Assembly: GCF_964213995.1 (NCBI RefSeq)
Contig: NC_135805.1
Coordinates: 47,492,001-47,556,000 of the forward strand
DNA from: Mustelus asterias
Taxonomy: Eukaryota
Direction: 5' to 3'
DNA length: 64,000 bases
The translations under genes were made by a program, and so were the position numbers. Position 1 is the first letter of the stretch. Each line of letters opens with the position of its first letter. The notes beneath the pieces were generated by a model. The model was not told the DNA's origin and did not search any database. It was given only the letters and a program-made list of their open reading frames with translations. Positions 12,301 through 27,300 of this stretch are shown piece after piece.

Positions 12301-15300
12301 TTTACAATTCACAGCAGCAGCCCAACGCGATGCATCGAAAAGATCAGAGCTCACTATCACTTTGAAATCTTCCCAACCAATATCAAACACAGTATGCTTT
12401 GTTTCACCCGCCATGTTCCAATAAAACAAGATTCGAACATGATTGGGACCTTTCCTCGGTTGCCAATTTCAGATTACATTCAGGATAATAATCAAGTCAG
12501 CTTAAATTTAAAATTTAACTAAACTCAAAGGGTAATGTCAGAAGCATCAATGCAGATCATTCACATACTAGATCATTTCCCTACACCGGGCATGTCTTAT
12601 GGCTGAACACTAGATTCTGGCTCTCTGGCTTCTTTTAAAGTAAAGTTTATTTATTAGTCACAAGTAAGGCTTACATTAACACTGCAATGAAGTTACTGTG
12701 AAATTCCCCTAGTCGCCACACTCCAGCGCCTGTTCGGGTCAATGCACCTAACCAGCACGTCTTTCGAACTCTTGCCCATGGTAAGTGTTCCGGGGGATGG
12801 ATTTTCCCCAGACACCAAGCCAAAGGCAGCCCCCCCACCCACACCAAAGCTTCCGCTATTGATGGCATAGGTAGGATCCAGAGACACATTCTTGCTGACC
12901 AGTGTAGTGGGGATTCATTTCTATGTTCAATTTTCATCCCAGTTCAGTTGTTTGCCCCGAAACACATTTGAAGATATCCTAACAAACCAACCGTAATGAA
13001 AATGCTCACTTTCAAATAACCAGGTAGAAGTGGCATAGTTAATTCCAACTCCTTTTCTACGACACAGTGTAACATACCAAAATTTGCTGACGACACAAAA
13101 ATAGTTGGAAAAGCAGGCCGTGAAGAGGGGATATGAAGTTTACGAATGAATATTGACAGGCTAGGGGAACGGGCCAGAATCTGGCAGGTGGAGTTTAATG
13201 TGGATAAGTGCGCGGTTAACCATTTTGGCCAGAAAAATAAAACGGCAAATTACTATTTAGATGGGAAACAGATTTAAAGGGTGTCTGTGTAGAGGGATCT
13301 GGGTGTCCTTGTGCACGAGTCTCAGAAAAAGTGGGTATGCAGGTGTAGAATGTTATAAGGAAGGCTAATGGAATCTTGACATTTATTGCAAAGGGTCTAG
13401 AGTATAAAAGTAGAGAAGTGTTGTTACAATTGTAAAAGGCATTGGGTGAGACCACACTTGGAGTACTGTATTCAGTTTTGGTCATCTTGTTTGAAGGATG
13501 TGGTGGCACTGGAGGCGATTCAGACGAAGTTCACTAGACTGATTCCAGGTTTGAAGGGACTGTCATATGAGCAGTGGTTGAATAGCTTGGGCTTGTACTC
13601 GCTGGAGTACAGAAGAATGGGGGGAGAGGGGGATTTGATTGCGATATATAAAATACTCAACGGGATTGATAAAGTAAATGTTAACCAAATGTTTCCCCCT
13701 TCTAGAACAGTCTAGGACAAGAGGTCATAGTTGTAGAATAAGAGGGGGGAGGTTCAAGACAGAGATAAGGAGCAGCTATTTCTCACAGAGGGTTGTGAAT
13801 CTATGGAACTCACTGCCCCAGAGTGCAGTGGATGCTGAATCAATCAGTGGATTCAAAAAAGAGATAGATAAATATTTGATCAAAATCAGGATAAATGGCT
13901 ATGGGGAAAAGGCAGGGAAGTGGAGTCAGGATGAGATGGAGATCAATCATGATCATATAGAATGGCGGAGTGGGCTCGAAGGGCTGAATTGCCGACTCTC
14001 ACTCCTAATTCCTATGTTGCTATGACATACCTGAAATCGGCAAAGGAACACACAGCCATGTTGGTCCACAACACTAAGCTGACTTCTTGTAATTGCTGCA
14101 TTCGCTCCAGCCACTCGCCCAGAGTCACGTGGGACACCATTATCACACCAGTTCCACTGACGGTCCCAGAAGTACTTTGTTTGGTGTTGGTCAGAATTTC
14201 AAAGAAACACTTAGATTGGACATCGCGACATAAAATGCCAGGCCCCTATTAGAGGAAAATAAATATTCTCTGGGCAATAAGAACATTGGAAAAATCTGGT
14301 TTCAATTATCAAGTAATCTAATTTGACTATATTAAGTTCCTTTGGTTTACAAGTTAGTTTTCCCTTTCTTTTGCTTGCTCTATGATACAGTATTGTCAGC
14401 TAAGATTCCAGGCAATACATTCCCAGGCTACTCTCGGCACTATGCTTTACACTATTTGGAGATGATTATTTACAATGTGCAGATGGAGAAAGAATGACTA
14501 CAACAATGAGTTTAACAACAATAATGGCAATATTGGCTTTAAAATGGCTATTTTGGCTAAGCATGCTGGGATTTTTGGTCAACTTATAATTAAAACCAGA
14601 TGCAGGTTGTAAAGTTACTGAGTCAGGGATTTGGTCTGAAGCTTCCTATGTTGACCAAATATTACTTCCAAGTAGATACGGTGACAATGAACTTTATTGC
14701 CTTTATGTGAGGAACACGCCATTTGAACTAAGCATTTTGGCATCTTTTACAAGTAATTTCATTGGCTGTTTGAACCGAGAGATTGTTTTTCGGTTACACA
14801 ATTGGCTGGATGATAGAGAATCTTCTGGAAGCATTTAGAAGAATTTGTAGGTAAAAGGACATATGGGGGGTTTGGGGGGGGGATTCTTCCAGCCCACTGC
14901 ACTGCTCTAGTAGCGCAGCGGGCCAGGAGACATCAACGGGGCCGGTTCGCAGGCTTCCCACCGGGTGCCATGGCCTCCGCGACCAAGATTTTCAGTGTAA
15001 TCAGCTCCACAATTTACAGCTTGGAGCTGATCACAATATAGAAATCCCCATTTGCATCCGATTAGCGGGCCCAGGACTGAATTCTGTGGCCACTAGCGTC
15101 TCCCTGCCGTTTTGGGAACCTCACCCGCCCCAATTCTGGGGCGAGGTTTTCAGCCTACGTACAGAGCACGAATTGTTTGCGCTGCTGCTTTTCAAAACAT
15201 GTTGGGGAACACTTCAGCATTCAGCCTCCGATCTTTAGGTAAGCGTTCTCCAAGGCAGCCTTCAAGACACACGACAACGCAAAATCGCCAAGCAGAAACT

Positions 15301-18300
15301 AATAGCCAAGTTCTGCACACGAGGACGGCCTCAACCGGGATCTTGGGTTCATGTCACACTACCTGTAACCCCCGCCACGATTTGCTGGCTTGCAAAATCT
15401 TACTAACTGTCCTGGCTTGAGACAATTCACACCTCTTTAACCTGTGCTTAACCCTGTCTCCACTTGCATTGTCTGTACCTGTAAAGACTTGATTACCTGT
15501 TCAGACTCGCATTCCAACCATTATCTTGCAGTTGAGTCTGTGTCTATATATGCCCTGTTTGTGAACCCAATTCTCCACTCATCTGATGAAGGAGCAACGC
15601 TCTGAAAACTTGTGCTACCAAATAAACCTGTTGGACTTCAACCTGGTGTTGTGAAACTTCTTACTGTTCAAAATACTTGTTGAGAATTATAGATTTAATA
15701 TCATTGTACAACTGTTCACTTATTAGCTATCCTGTTGGCAAACCTCATACTCATACAAGTTATTTAAAAGGAAAATAAAACCAACCTTTAGGGATTTGTC
15801 GGTGATAGTTTCCGGCACCCAATCGACTCCTATGGATGTGGGGGGTTTCCACGTCAGCCAATAGTCAGGATCTGTTGTAACAGAGCTATTCCAGAATGTT
15901 CCAAATGTGGTTGACATCAGTTCTGAACTCAGCAACTTTAATTCTTCAGGAGAGAGCTGGGATAACGAGAACACATTAATAAAACTGTATCTCTAAATAG
16001 TTAATCAAATATTTTGCTCTTTCACTGACATCTTGGGTGTACATATCCATATTGATATACAATTTGGGGTTTCACTGATCTGTCAGGTTTAGTGTTTCCA
16101 AGGGTAAAACAGAGCCCCTCATATGCCTTAAACGTGAGGTGTTCCAGGAATTAATTTGCAAAAATGAATTTATTTATTTTTTAAACTAGAAACTATTTAA
16201 ATATAAGTTTATTTATTAGTGTCACAAGTCGGCTTACGTTAACATTGCAATGAAGTTACTGTGAAAATCTAGTGCCTGTTCGGGAACACTGAGGTACTCT
16301 TTTTGGTCCATCTCCGTACATATGCGTCTATACACTTTTGTAGTTGTACACCGAGGGAGAATTTAGCATGGCCAATGCACCTAACCAGCACATCTTTCGG
16401 ACTGTGGGAGGAAATGGAGCACCCGGAGGAAACGCACTCAGATGGTGGAGTCACAATCTGATTGCCACTTCACAGAAGTTCAGGCCCTGCATTTTCCAGA
16501 ACCTTTTACTGACATCAAGGACTCTCAGGTTAGGTATTGTATAGCCAGATGCAAATGAAGCCCCAAATGCACCAAAACACTGAACCCATGCTCGCAAAAA
16601 GATATCTTTCCCCCAAACCCAGCCCCCAGTCTTAAAATCCAGCAGCAGGTTGTGAATCATTTGTACAGTGTAAATGTGTGGGTTTCCTGAAACACTGATA
16701 ACAGACTTATAAAGGGCAGTAGTTTATTTACTAGCTTAGCAGCAACTTCATGCTTATACTCTGCCCGTGCTCCCAACATGTGACCTCTTTTGTAGCCGTG
16801 GCATCACGTCATTGTGTGACCACTCAATCTACACACTGCGTAAAAAGGAGAAGGACAACAGGTCTGTCAGGTGAGACAAAGTTTCTTCTGACACCCGGGT
16901 AAGAAAATCACAACATTATATTACAGCATTTCAATGCTTAACTTACCCGATTGTATTCATGTGCTCACCTCATCAACCTGTGACAAGTACCAAAATCCTT
17001 GGAGCTCTCGAGTTGCCACTGGGGTAGACCGTAAGCAGAATGATATTAATTGACGGAGTTGAGCTTGCATCATTGACTGATCTGGTTTAGCTCTGGCACT
17101 GGTGGTGATAAAACATGAAGTTTAGTACTTCAATGCAATTGGTATTGTTGGGCTACTGGTTTTCAAGTCAGTCTTTTTAAAAAATTAAAACAAAGGGCTG
17201 ACAATAAAGGAAAAAGAGATAGTTAATGATGGGTATGTGGCACCTTTGGTAAAATAAAGTATAAAGTGGTTCGCACTGCTGCCTCACAGCACCAGGGACC
17301 CGGGTTCGATTCCCGGCTTGGGTCACTGTCTGTCTGGAGTTTGCACATTCTCCCCGTGTCTGCATGGGTTTCCTCCAGGTGCTCCAGTTTCCTCCCACAG
17401 TCTAAAAATCTGCAGGTTAGGTTGTTGGCCATGCTAAATCACTCCTTAGTGTTAGGGGGGGGGGGGGGGGGGTGTCAGTGGGATTAGTAGGGTGAATGTG
17501 TAGGGTTACGGGGATAGGGCCTGGGTGGGATGACGTCGGTGCAGGTTCGATGGGCCGAATCTCCTTCTGCACCGTAGGTATTCTATGATTTTCACTTTCT
17601 ATAACAGGCAAACAATACCATGATTTGCAAACAGGCTGAAAATATTGTTAATAAAATAACTCCACATTCCCTTTGATGTGATAGAAAATCTCAAACACAC
17701 ACACACCCTCAAAATGAAGTTTGTGGTTTGATGTCTTGAGAGAGCAGGAAAGGGTGTGGCCCAGTTCCATTTTCAACAGTTTAAATATTATGTTCTGAGC
17801 TTCCCATGTTTGGGCACATATACAAATGTTGATCACCAGGTATTCACTGCATGGTTTCAGTTTTGCACATTTACAACTACAGAATCTGAGGGTCATAAAA
17901 ACTGACTGCACTGATCAATGTTATAAAGATGGGCAATCCATTGATAGGGCTGGTTGACAGTGGTCTCCACTGGCAAGCTTTGTAGTGTGCAGCAGTTTTG
18001 TTTTTTTAGGTGGCAAGCAAGTTGAACAGCTATTGAAGGGGGAGATGGTGGCATGGTGGTATTGTCACTAGATTTAGTCATCCAGAGGCCTAGGCTAAGA
18101 GAGGACACTGGTTCAAACCCGAGCATGGCATCTGATGGAATTTAAATTTAATTATAAATCTGGAATGAAAATCTAGTCTCAGTGATGACCATCAAACTAT
18201 CAATGGTCAGTGATTTGCCATCTTTACCTGTTGTGGTTTACATGCAACTCCAGATCCACAGCAATGTGGTTGACTCTTAAAATGCCCACCAAAATAGCCT

Positions 18301-21300
18301 AGTAAGTCACTCAAGTTCAAAGGCAATTAGGGATGGGCAATAACTGCTGGTCTTGAAAGTGACAACCACTCCCCACGAAAAGAATGAATAAAAATAAATG
18401 TACTTTTCTTTGCTTACCTGGAGGTTAATGATAGATCCAAAAGGTCAGCCACTACTTTATACTTGCAGAGCATCGCCAGATACTCCAGTGCAGGCCACAA
18501 TTGAATTGTACTTGCTAATTGATTCAAACTTGCTCCATCCAGCTGAGGTAGGCTAGCCTCAAGGCTCTGGGAGTCTGAAGAGTTTAGAAGACCCTGAGAT
18601 TTCATCATTGAGGTTTGTGCATCTACCGCACACTGCAACATGCCTGAAACACAAAATGATAATGCCATAACTGCTTCAAAAATCAACAGCTAATTATTTG
18701 AGCATCATCAACTTGAAAAATCTGGTGGGCCTGAATTTTCAGGGTGGTGAGGGCGCAGCCCCTACCATGTGAGGAATCAGCAGGGAACATATCCCAACCA
18801 ACTCCAGCAGGAGCGTTGACTGGCAGAACTTCCACTCATCACCGGGAAGTGGTCTCACTTTGGAGAGCTGCCAGCCAATCCAACTGTCATTCTATGTGCA
18901 GTGGCCAGAAGAGAGGGCGAGGTCAGGGGGAGGTCCGCAGGTTCCCCTAGGCTCCAAGGGTGGATATCCCCAGTCACCGAAAAATGGAGGTTGGGCAGGA
19001 AAAGGCCCTTAGGTGGCAAAAGGATGAGCTTCCCATCCGAGGCCCTGCCCACCCCACCATCTGCTGTCAACATTCAGCTTATCAATGCCAAAACTGGACT
19101 CCAAGCTGATAACTAAGTTTGCCTCAAGTCCAAACCTTCCTGGAGCCGGACTTTCTGAAAGATTCCTGCCATTGCCTGCAGAGCAGACCAAGTGTCTTGA
19201 TATCAACCCCATCTTGGTGCATCATCACCGACTTTGAAGGAATTGAGCAATTCTTGCTTTCAGCCAGCAGAACCTACCTGAACTTTAACTCCTACGTGAA
19301 GGAACTCTCACTGGGCTCTGGACTCTAAAATTCATGTGCATCAGGATCCCTATCTTTGTTTTAAGTTATTCATAGTTGTAAAACTCTTTTTGGTCCATCT
19401 CCATCTTGTTTGCATGTGTATGCGTACATATACGTATGTAGCTGCACTGACCATCCCTTGGGTTTGAATATATGAATAAACAATACCTCTAATTTAACCC
19501 GGAGAGTTTGCATTGAGCCATTTTAAAAATTGACTTCAGAGGGTTTGGGGAAAATGTCACAATTTATTTCAAACATTAAAAACACCTGTGTTACGGACAG
19601 ATGGAGAGAAAAATAAAAGGAGTTGAGTTTGCTTCTCTCCCCCCTCTGGAACACAGCTGTAACTTCAATTTTCAGGCTATCCTAAAGCATTAGATGTGTT
19701 TTTTTAACAAAAAGCATACCAGTATCACATTCTGCAAAGTGATTTGCTTGGACGACGAGACCCCAAGCTAACATCAAGTGTCGCTTGATATTCCAATCAG
19801 TAGCAGTTGCCTTTATTCTATGAAGTTGTTCTTTCCAAGTCACGTCCGTCATTTTTGGCCTCAGTCTCAGTACATCCAGGGCAGAGCTCATTACCTTGAG
19901 TTTAGATGCACATTCCACGACAGATTCGGCCTAAAAGAGAAAAAAGTACTTTTGTCAACTTTGAGCTTCACAGCCTTGAATATCTGGAATAGTACTGCAT
20001 TTGCAGAATAGATAACCACTCCCACAGATTAAGTTAACTTTATACATGATCTCCCTCCCTGCTTCAACCAGGCTAATCTTTACCGACTTTAATTCAATCT
20101 CTCTGGTTCAAAAACTGACTCCATTTAAGAATAATGATCTGCCAGCAGAACACCTCATAACATGCAGTTTCTCTTTTTTCTAAGTAAACTGGAATGCTTA
20201 AATGCTTAATCTACAGGTTCAGTTTATAACATAAAAAGTATAATTTCACAGCATTATGACCACATTCTAATGCTATATTAAAGCATACTAATGCTACTTA
20301 ATCTTCATAATTACTTTAGTTCACCATTGGATGTGAACTGTATTTGCTAAAAGGAGTTCCTGAATTTCTGTCACACGGCTAATCTCTGGTAAATCCATTT
20401 TACTGTGGAGCAAATAGAAATGCCTTAAATGCATCTCAACTATTTCTTGTGGCAGCAAGTTGTGCATTCTATCCACTCTCTGGTTAAATAAACATTTATT
20501 TATAGTCTCCAGTTTTGGATTCTCTCTACATCGACCCGATCAGACTCCTCCACAGTTAAAAATTTCCACTGGGTCACCATCAGCCTTCTCTTTTCTGGTG
20601 AGACAAACCACATCTGATGCATCATTTGTGCACCTGTAACGCTGTATGTCCTCGTTTGCTGCAGGTTTCCTCCCTGGCTACATTTCTTATTGGATATGGT
20701 TAATCCCAGTTACTCCTCTTCCTCATAGTCAATTTTGCCAATACCAATCCCTTAGTTTGTAGAATTTTTAGTTATGGCTCTTCTTAATCAGTATTTTAAG
20801 AAGTTAGAAAGTTTCAAGCATCTTCAATGGATCACTTTCAAATCTGGAAAGGTTGCTGATTATTTCCACTTGGTGATTTATAGCCGGGTTGCCTTTGTGG
20901 AACTTTACCAAACGTTAGCTTTGATCAGCTCGAACCTTTGCCCAATTACCAACATCTCAATGCTCTTGGACGATCTAAAGTTTAATTAAAATTTAAAGTT
21001 TACTTATTTATTAGTCACACGGAGCTTAGCACACTGCAATGAAGTTACTGTGAAAATCCCCCTAGCCACCACACTCTGGCGCCTGTTCGGGTACATTGAG
21101 GGAGTATATAGCATGGCCAATGCACCTAACCGGCATGTCTTTCGGACTGTGGGAGGAAACTGGAGCACCTGGAGGAAACCCACGCAGACACGAGGAGAAT
21201 GTGCAGACTCCGCAAAGGCAGTGACGCAAGCCGGGAGTCGAACCGGCGCTGTGAGGCAGCAGTGCTAATAACCACTGTGCCACCATGGAATTATAAGCTT

Positions 21301-24300
21301 TTCTGCTTTCCTCAATCCTGCCACGAGTGCTACTGCAAGGGTCAGGTGGCACCGTGAAGGAGGACAGGCCAGTATTGAATTTCACTAACCTTGAATGGAA
21401 GAGGACGACCCAATGAATTCTGTAGTCCCTTCAAAGTGGCAGCCATTCCGCCGGGACTAGCCAGATGGCTCTGCAGGTTCATTGAAATGGCGTGAATTTC
21501 TTGAGGAATTCTACATGAAAAGAATCCAAATTACAATACAAATGAACTCCTGCTTAAAACAAATGCTTCGTTATCCACAAAAATGAAAACGTCTTGGATT
21601 CCATGGAGGTAGTACTTGTAATCACATTTACCATCTCACCGGTGGATTGGATCATTACATAGGTTAGAATTGACTCATGTAGAAAAACCAAGAAAACGTG
21701 GGGCAGGGAAAACAGATAATTGCATCTGTTGAAGAGGTGTACTCAGACCAGAAAAAACACAGACCGGTATCACAAATGCACACCAGGACCAGAGGACATC
21801 CATCCACCCTCCCCAAAAGAAATGTAGGGAACAGGCAACAGGAAAAATAAGGCAAGGGAGATCACCGAGAGGATTGTACTATAGGCCCCTAATAGTCAAT
21901 GGGAAATTGAGGAGCAAATATGTAAGGAGACTACGGATAGCTCCAAGAAAAATAGACTGGTAATAGTAGGGGACTTTAACTTTCCGAACATTGACTGGGA
22001 CAGCCATAGTATTAGAAGGTTGGATAGAGAGAGAAATTTGTTTCGTGTATTCAGGAGGAATTTCTCATTCAGTATGTGGATGGCCCAACTGGAGAGGGGG
22101 CAAAACTTGACCTCCGTTTGCGAAATAAGGAAGGGCAGGTGACAGAAGTGTTAGTGAGGAATCACTTTGGGACCAGTGACCATAATTCTGTTAGTTTTAA
22201 GATAGCTATGGAGAATGATAGGTCTGGCCCAAAAGTTAAAGGGGGGGGGGGGGGGGGAATCAGGAGGGTAAAAAAGGGACACGAGATTGTTTTGGCAGAT
22301 AAGGCAAGGCAGAATCCAAAGAGCTTTTACAAAGGGCCCCTTAAGGATCAACAAGATTAGCAATGTGCGGAGCCACAAGAGATGGATGAGATCCTAAATG
22401 AATATTTCTCATCAGTATTTACTATTGAGAATGGCATGAATGTTAGGGAACTTGGGGAAATAAATAGTTATGTCTTGAGGAGTGTACATATCACAGAGAA
22501 GGGGGCGTTGGAAGTCTTAAAGTGCATCAAGGTAGATAAATCCCCGGGACCTGATGACGTGCATCCCAGGACATTGTGGGAGGCTAGGGAGGAAATTGTG
22601 GGTACCCTAGCAGATAGTTGAATCGAAGCCACAGGTGAGGTGCCTGAAGATTGGAGGGTGGCAAATGTTGTGCCTTTCTTTAAGGGCTGCAGGGAAAAGT
22701 CTGGGAACTACAGGCCAGTGAGCCTAACGTTTGTAGTAGGTAAGTTGTAAGAAGATATTCTGAGAGACAGGATCTATAGGCATTTAGAGAGGCAAGGACT
22801 GATCAGGGACAGTCAGTATGGCTTTGAGTGTGGAAAATCACGTCTCACAAATTTGATTGAGTTTTTTGAAGGGGTAACCAAGAAGGTAGATGAGGGCAGT
22901 GCAGTTGATGTTGTCTATATGGACTTTAACAAGGCTTTTGACAAGGTACCACGTGGTAGGTTGTTGCATAAAGTTAAATCTCACGGGATCCAGAGTGAGG
23001 TAGTCAATTGAATACAAAATTGGCTTGATGACAGAAGACAGAGGGGGGAGGGTTGTAGAGGGTTGTTTTCCAAACTGGAGGCCTGTGACCAGCGGTGTGC
23101 CTCAGGGACTGGGTCCACTATTATTTGTCATTCATATTATTGATTTGGATTAGAATTTAAGAGATGTGGTTAGTAAGTTTGCAGATGACACCAAGATTGG
23201 TGGCATAGTGGATAGTGAAGAAGGTCATCTCGGATTGCAACGGGATCTTGATCAATTGGGCCAGTGGGCTGATGAATGGCAGATGGAGTTTAATTTAGAT
23301 AAATGAGGTGATGCATTTTGGTAGATCGAACCAGGGCAGGACTTGCTCAGTTAATGGTAAGGCGTTGGGAAGAGTTACAGAACAAAGAGATCTAGGGGTA
23401 CAGGTTCACAGCTCCTTGAAAGTGGAGTCACAAGTGGACAGAGTGGCGAAGAAGGCATTCAGCATGCTTGGTTTCATTGGTCAGATCATTGAATACATGA
23501 GCTGGGACGTCTTGTTGAAGTTGTACAAGACATTGGAAAGGCCACACTTGGAATACTGTGAACAGTTCTGGTCACCCTATTATAGAAAGGATATGATTAA
23601 ACTAGAAATAGTGCAGAAAAGATTTACTAGAATGCTACCTGGACTTGATGGATTGAGTTATAAGGAGAGGCTGGATAGACTGGGATTTTTTTTCCCTAGA
23701 GTGTAGGAGGCTCGGGGTGATCTTATCGAGGTCTATAAAATAGGTAAGGTACATAGTCAACACCTTTTCCCAAAAATAGGAGAGTCTAAAACTAGAGGGC
23801 ATAGGTTTAAGGTGAGAGGGGCGAGATACAAAAGGCTCCAGAGGGGCAATTTTTTCCACAGAGGGTGGCGAGTGTCTAAAATGAGCTGCCAGAGGTAGTA
23901 GTTGAGGCAGGTACAATTTTGTCTTTTAAAAAACGTTTAGACAGTGACATGGGTAACATTGGTATAGAGGGAAATGGGCCAAATGTGGGCAATTGGGACT
24001 CGCTTAATAGTAAAAACTGGGCGGCATAGACAAGTTGCGCCAAAGGGCCTGTTTTCATGCTGTCAACCTCTACGACTCTATTTCTCTACATTTTGCTGTC
24101 TCATATTGCATTACACATTTAGTGGATCTCATTTTTTCTTGCACAATTGCAGCAGTTTTCACTGGCTAATACTTCAGATTCTCAAACCTCAACCTGGCAG
24201 CTTTAGGAGAGTCTTATAACCTACTTAATTTCCTTATTGTCTTGACATATTGGTTTTAATGCAGGGAGAGCTTACTCATACTCCTTAGCAAGAGCAAACC

Positions 24301-27300
24301 ATTTTATAATTGCTGTTATTCATTATAAAAATTATGAATATCTAAATTGAATTGTACAAAATTAGCTTCCCACGCAACATTTGCAGGCAATAGGATAAAT
24401 GCCCTCTGAAAACTATTTAATCAAACGTCAAAAGGTTATAATATGCAATATTTCATTTGAGTAATTTTTTTCCCCTTTCTATATAAACGTACCGACTTAT
24501 AAACAGGTATCGCAACATTAATTAGTAACTCCACAATCACCAGAAATGCTAGAAGATGATTTGACAAAGAAAGGGCTGAAGAACTGCATACTTCAACATT
24601 AATTCAAGAAGATTCAAGTCCACTCACATTTACATAAAACACAACTTTAGCAATAAACATGATGATGATGTTTGGTCAGGAAAGAAGCAAGATGGAGCCA
24701 CAGAACATTTAGCCAAACTGAAATTATGACAGTTGTCTACACAACCTAAAGTTTGGCAGCACTAACTACAATGGAGATATGATGAAGGGTTTTCAATTCA
24801 CAAGGTTTTGGTATCATCTGGATTTGTCTGAGCCAGCTATTCTGGATAGCTATTGTCTACCTTTTGGTAGCTCTCGTCCAGGCTGCTGCTAGATCTTGGT
24901 ACTTTAAGTTGGCAAAATATTCGTCACAGAGTGGCAATCCCTACATATCACCTCTTCGCTTATGTATTTATAACAGGATGATTAGTTTGGAATTACCGCC
25001 CATCAGATTTCAAACAAGAACAAAGTTGTACTGTTATTTGTTATGCAAGATGATCCCAAGAACCGAAGATACTAGAGTCAGAATATCTTCAGCCTTTGAA
25101 TGGCCTCAGCCATTGTCAATAAGAAAAGCCTTCAGAGTTAGGAGTGCTGCTACGTTAAGGCAATTTAAATACTATTTTGACTGAGTACCAAAGACTGAAT
25201 ACTTTAACAGAATTATACATTGTCAGGATGCTGGATACAAATTATATGGATGCTTACTGAGAAAAGTCAGATAGCTGACTGAGTTGGTCTTTCAGGAGGT
25301 GTTTCATGACCCAGTGCCAGTGGAGAGAGAGCAGTGCGATTCCCTCAGGATCTGTAGTAACCCTGTCTGATACTGCCCAGAATCGATCCCGCCACAAAGT
25401 GTTGCACTGTACCTATGGAGGTCAGAAAGTAGTGACACATGTTGAAGAATGCCCTATTATTGAGGTTGACCATGCAATAGAAATACCAGTTTTCAGTGTC
25501 TCAATTCTCAAACATATACCTATACGGACTTTCCAACATTGCTATTTATATTATTTTAAAATTGTACATGTCCTTTTACACTGCCATTCTTAAAAACAAA
25601 AACACAATCTCACTATAAGGGCGACACGGTGGCACAGTAGTTAGCACTGCTGCATCACAGCGCCAGGGACCTGGGTTTGATTCCGGAGTTTATACGTTCC
25701 CCTCTGCCTGCGGGGCTTCCTCCAGGTGCTCTGGTTTCCTCCCTCGGTCCAAATATGTGCAGGTTAGGTAGATTGGCCATGCTAAATTGCCCCTTAGTGT
25801 TCCAAGATGTGTCGGCTAGGAGCATACGTGGGGGAAATGCGTGAAGTTACAGGGATAAGGTGAGGGATGGACCTGGGTAAGATGCTCTCTGAAAGTTGGT
25901 GCAGACTCGATGGGCTGAGTGGTCTCTTTCTGCACTGTAGGGATTCTATGAAATTACACCTTCCTCACCGTTGCAGCACAATGGTCTTTTATCTCCCATC
26001 TCCTCAACCTGTACGGCAGACTGACTACTGTGCTCCAAACAAACCGACTTCTTTGCTTCCTAAATTAAAAGTTTTGCTGTTTCACTATACTTGAAAAACC
26101 AAAATAGTCAGTATATGTGACTCTAAAATGGTGATGAATTACATGCAAACACACTGTACCGTGCCCTCTAACCCCAATTCAGCTGTAGATTGTACTATTA
26201 CACGAACATTTGATCTGGGTTCAGTAAACCACAGCATAGGAGACTGCCCAGTCAACATACGACATTACAGCTACAACTGAAGTTAGGGATAGACCTCCAT
26301 CAGAAGCAATACAATAGTTAGCTATTGCAATTATCCATTTCTACACTGGCAGGCCTCGGGGAGGCATTCGTTGGCCTGTTTCATGCATTATACATTTCCC
26401 ATGGAACATGATCCAAAGCTAGCAACGGACACAGGTCAACAACGATGAGTAATACTTGCCTCGTGGAAGACATAATCCTCCAGACTGGAAAATGGAGACT
26501 TTATGCACTGCATAACGCAGGCATCCCAGGCTTCAAAAAAAGCAGCAAGGTGAGCCAAGACTTGGTGAGGCAGGTCATCAAAGTTCATCATTCCTAAAAG
26601 AATGAAATAAAGGCTTCTTTACAATTTCAAAAGTTCTTATTTTCCTTGCATGTAGTCATCCTTTAGATTATTTGTATGGAACCACTTTTACATCAAGCAC
26701 CTAATTAGCACAAAATATATTTCAAACGAGGGGGGATTTGTCTGTGTGGAGTTTGCATGTTCTCCATGTCTGCTTGGGTTTCCTCCGAATGCTCCGGATT
26801 ACTCCCACAATTCAAAGATGTGCAGGTTATGTAGATTGGCTATGTTAAACTGCCCCTTAGTGTCAGGAGGTCCAGCTAGGGTAAATGCATGGGGTTATGG
26901 GGGTGAGGCTTGGGTGGAATTGTAGTTGGTGCAGAACAAATGGGCCGAATGGCCTCCTTCTGCACTATAGGATGCTATGATTCTATGGTTAATCAGCTAG
27001 TTTTACACATTCTGTATTAACAGTAATTCTTAAAGACTCGCCTCCAGGGGTCACAGCAATTGTCAGGCAAACAGGAATTGATAATGTGATTGCTTCTTCT
27101 GTTATTACTCCCGAGTGCCAGAATTGACATTAACAGATCAAAAAATGAAGCTGGCTTTCTTATGGATAGAAGATCTTCCTTGCCTGATTTTATCAGTTCA
27201 CTGGACACGCATTTGAATCAATAAAGCAAACTTACTTAATGCTAAAGATGAAGAAAAAATGTTATGGTACACAAGGCCATTTCCCTGTTGACAGGAGTAC

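Noticed and set aside
16947-17172. Longer version of exon 30 using the strong gtaagt donor at 16946 and an acceptor at 17173
   Set aside because: Introduces in-frame stops; 16969-17098 fits both phase and homology
17455-17473. Poly-G runs (also 22241-22257 and ~14865-14882) as functional G-quadruplexes
   Set aside because: The 17455 and 22241 runs lie within decayed repeats; homopolymer expansion or sequencing error is sufficient explanation
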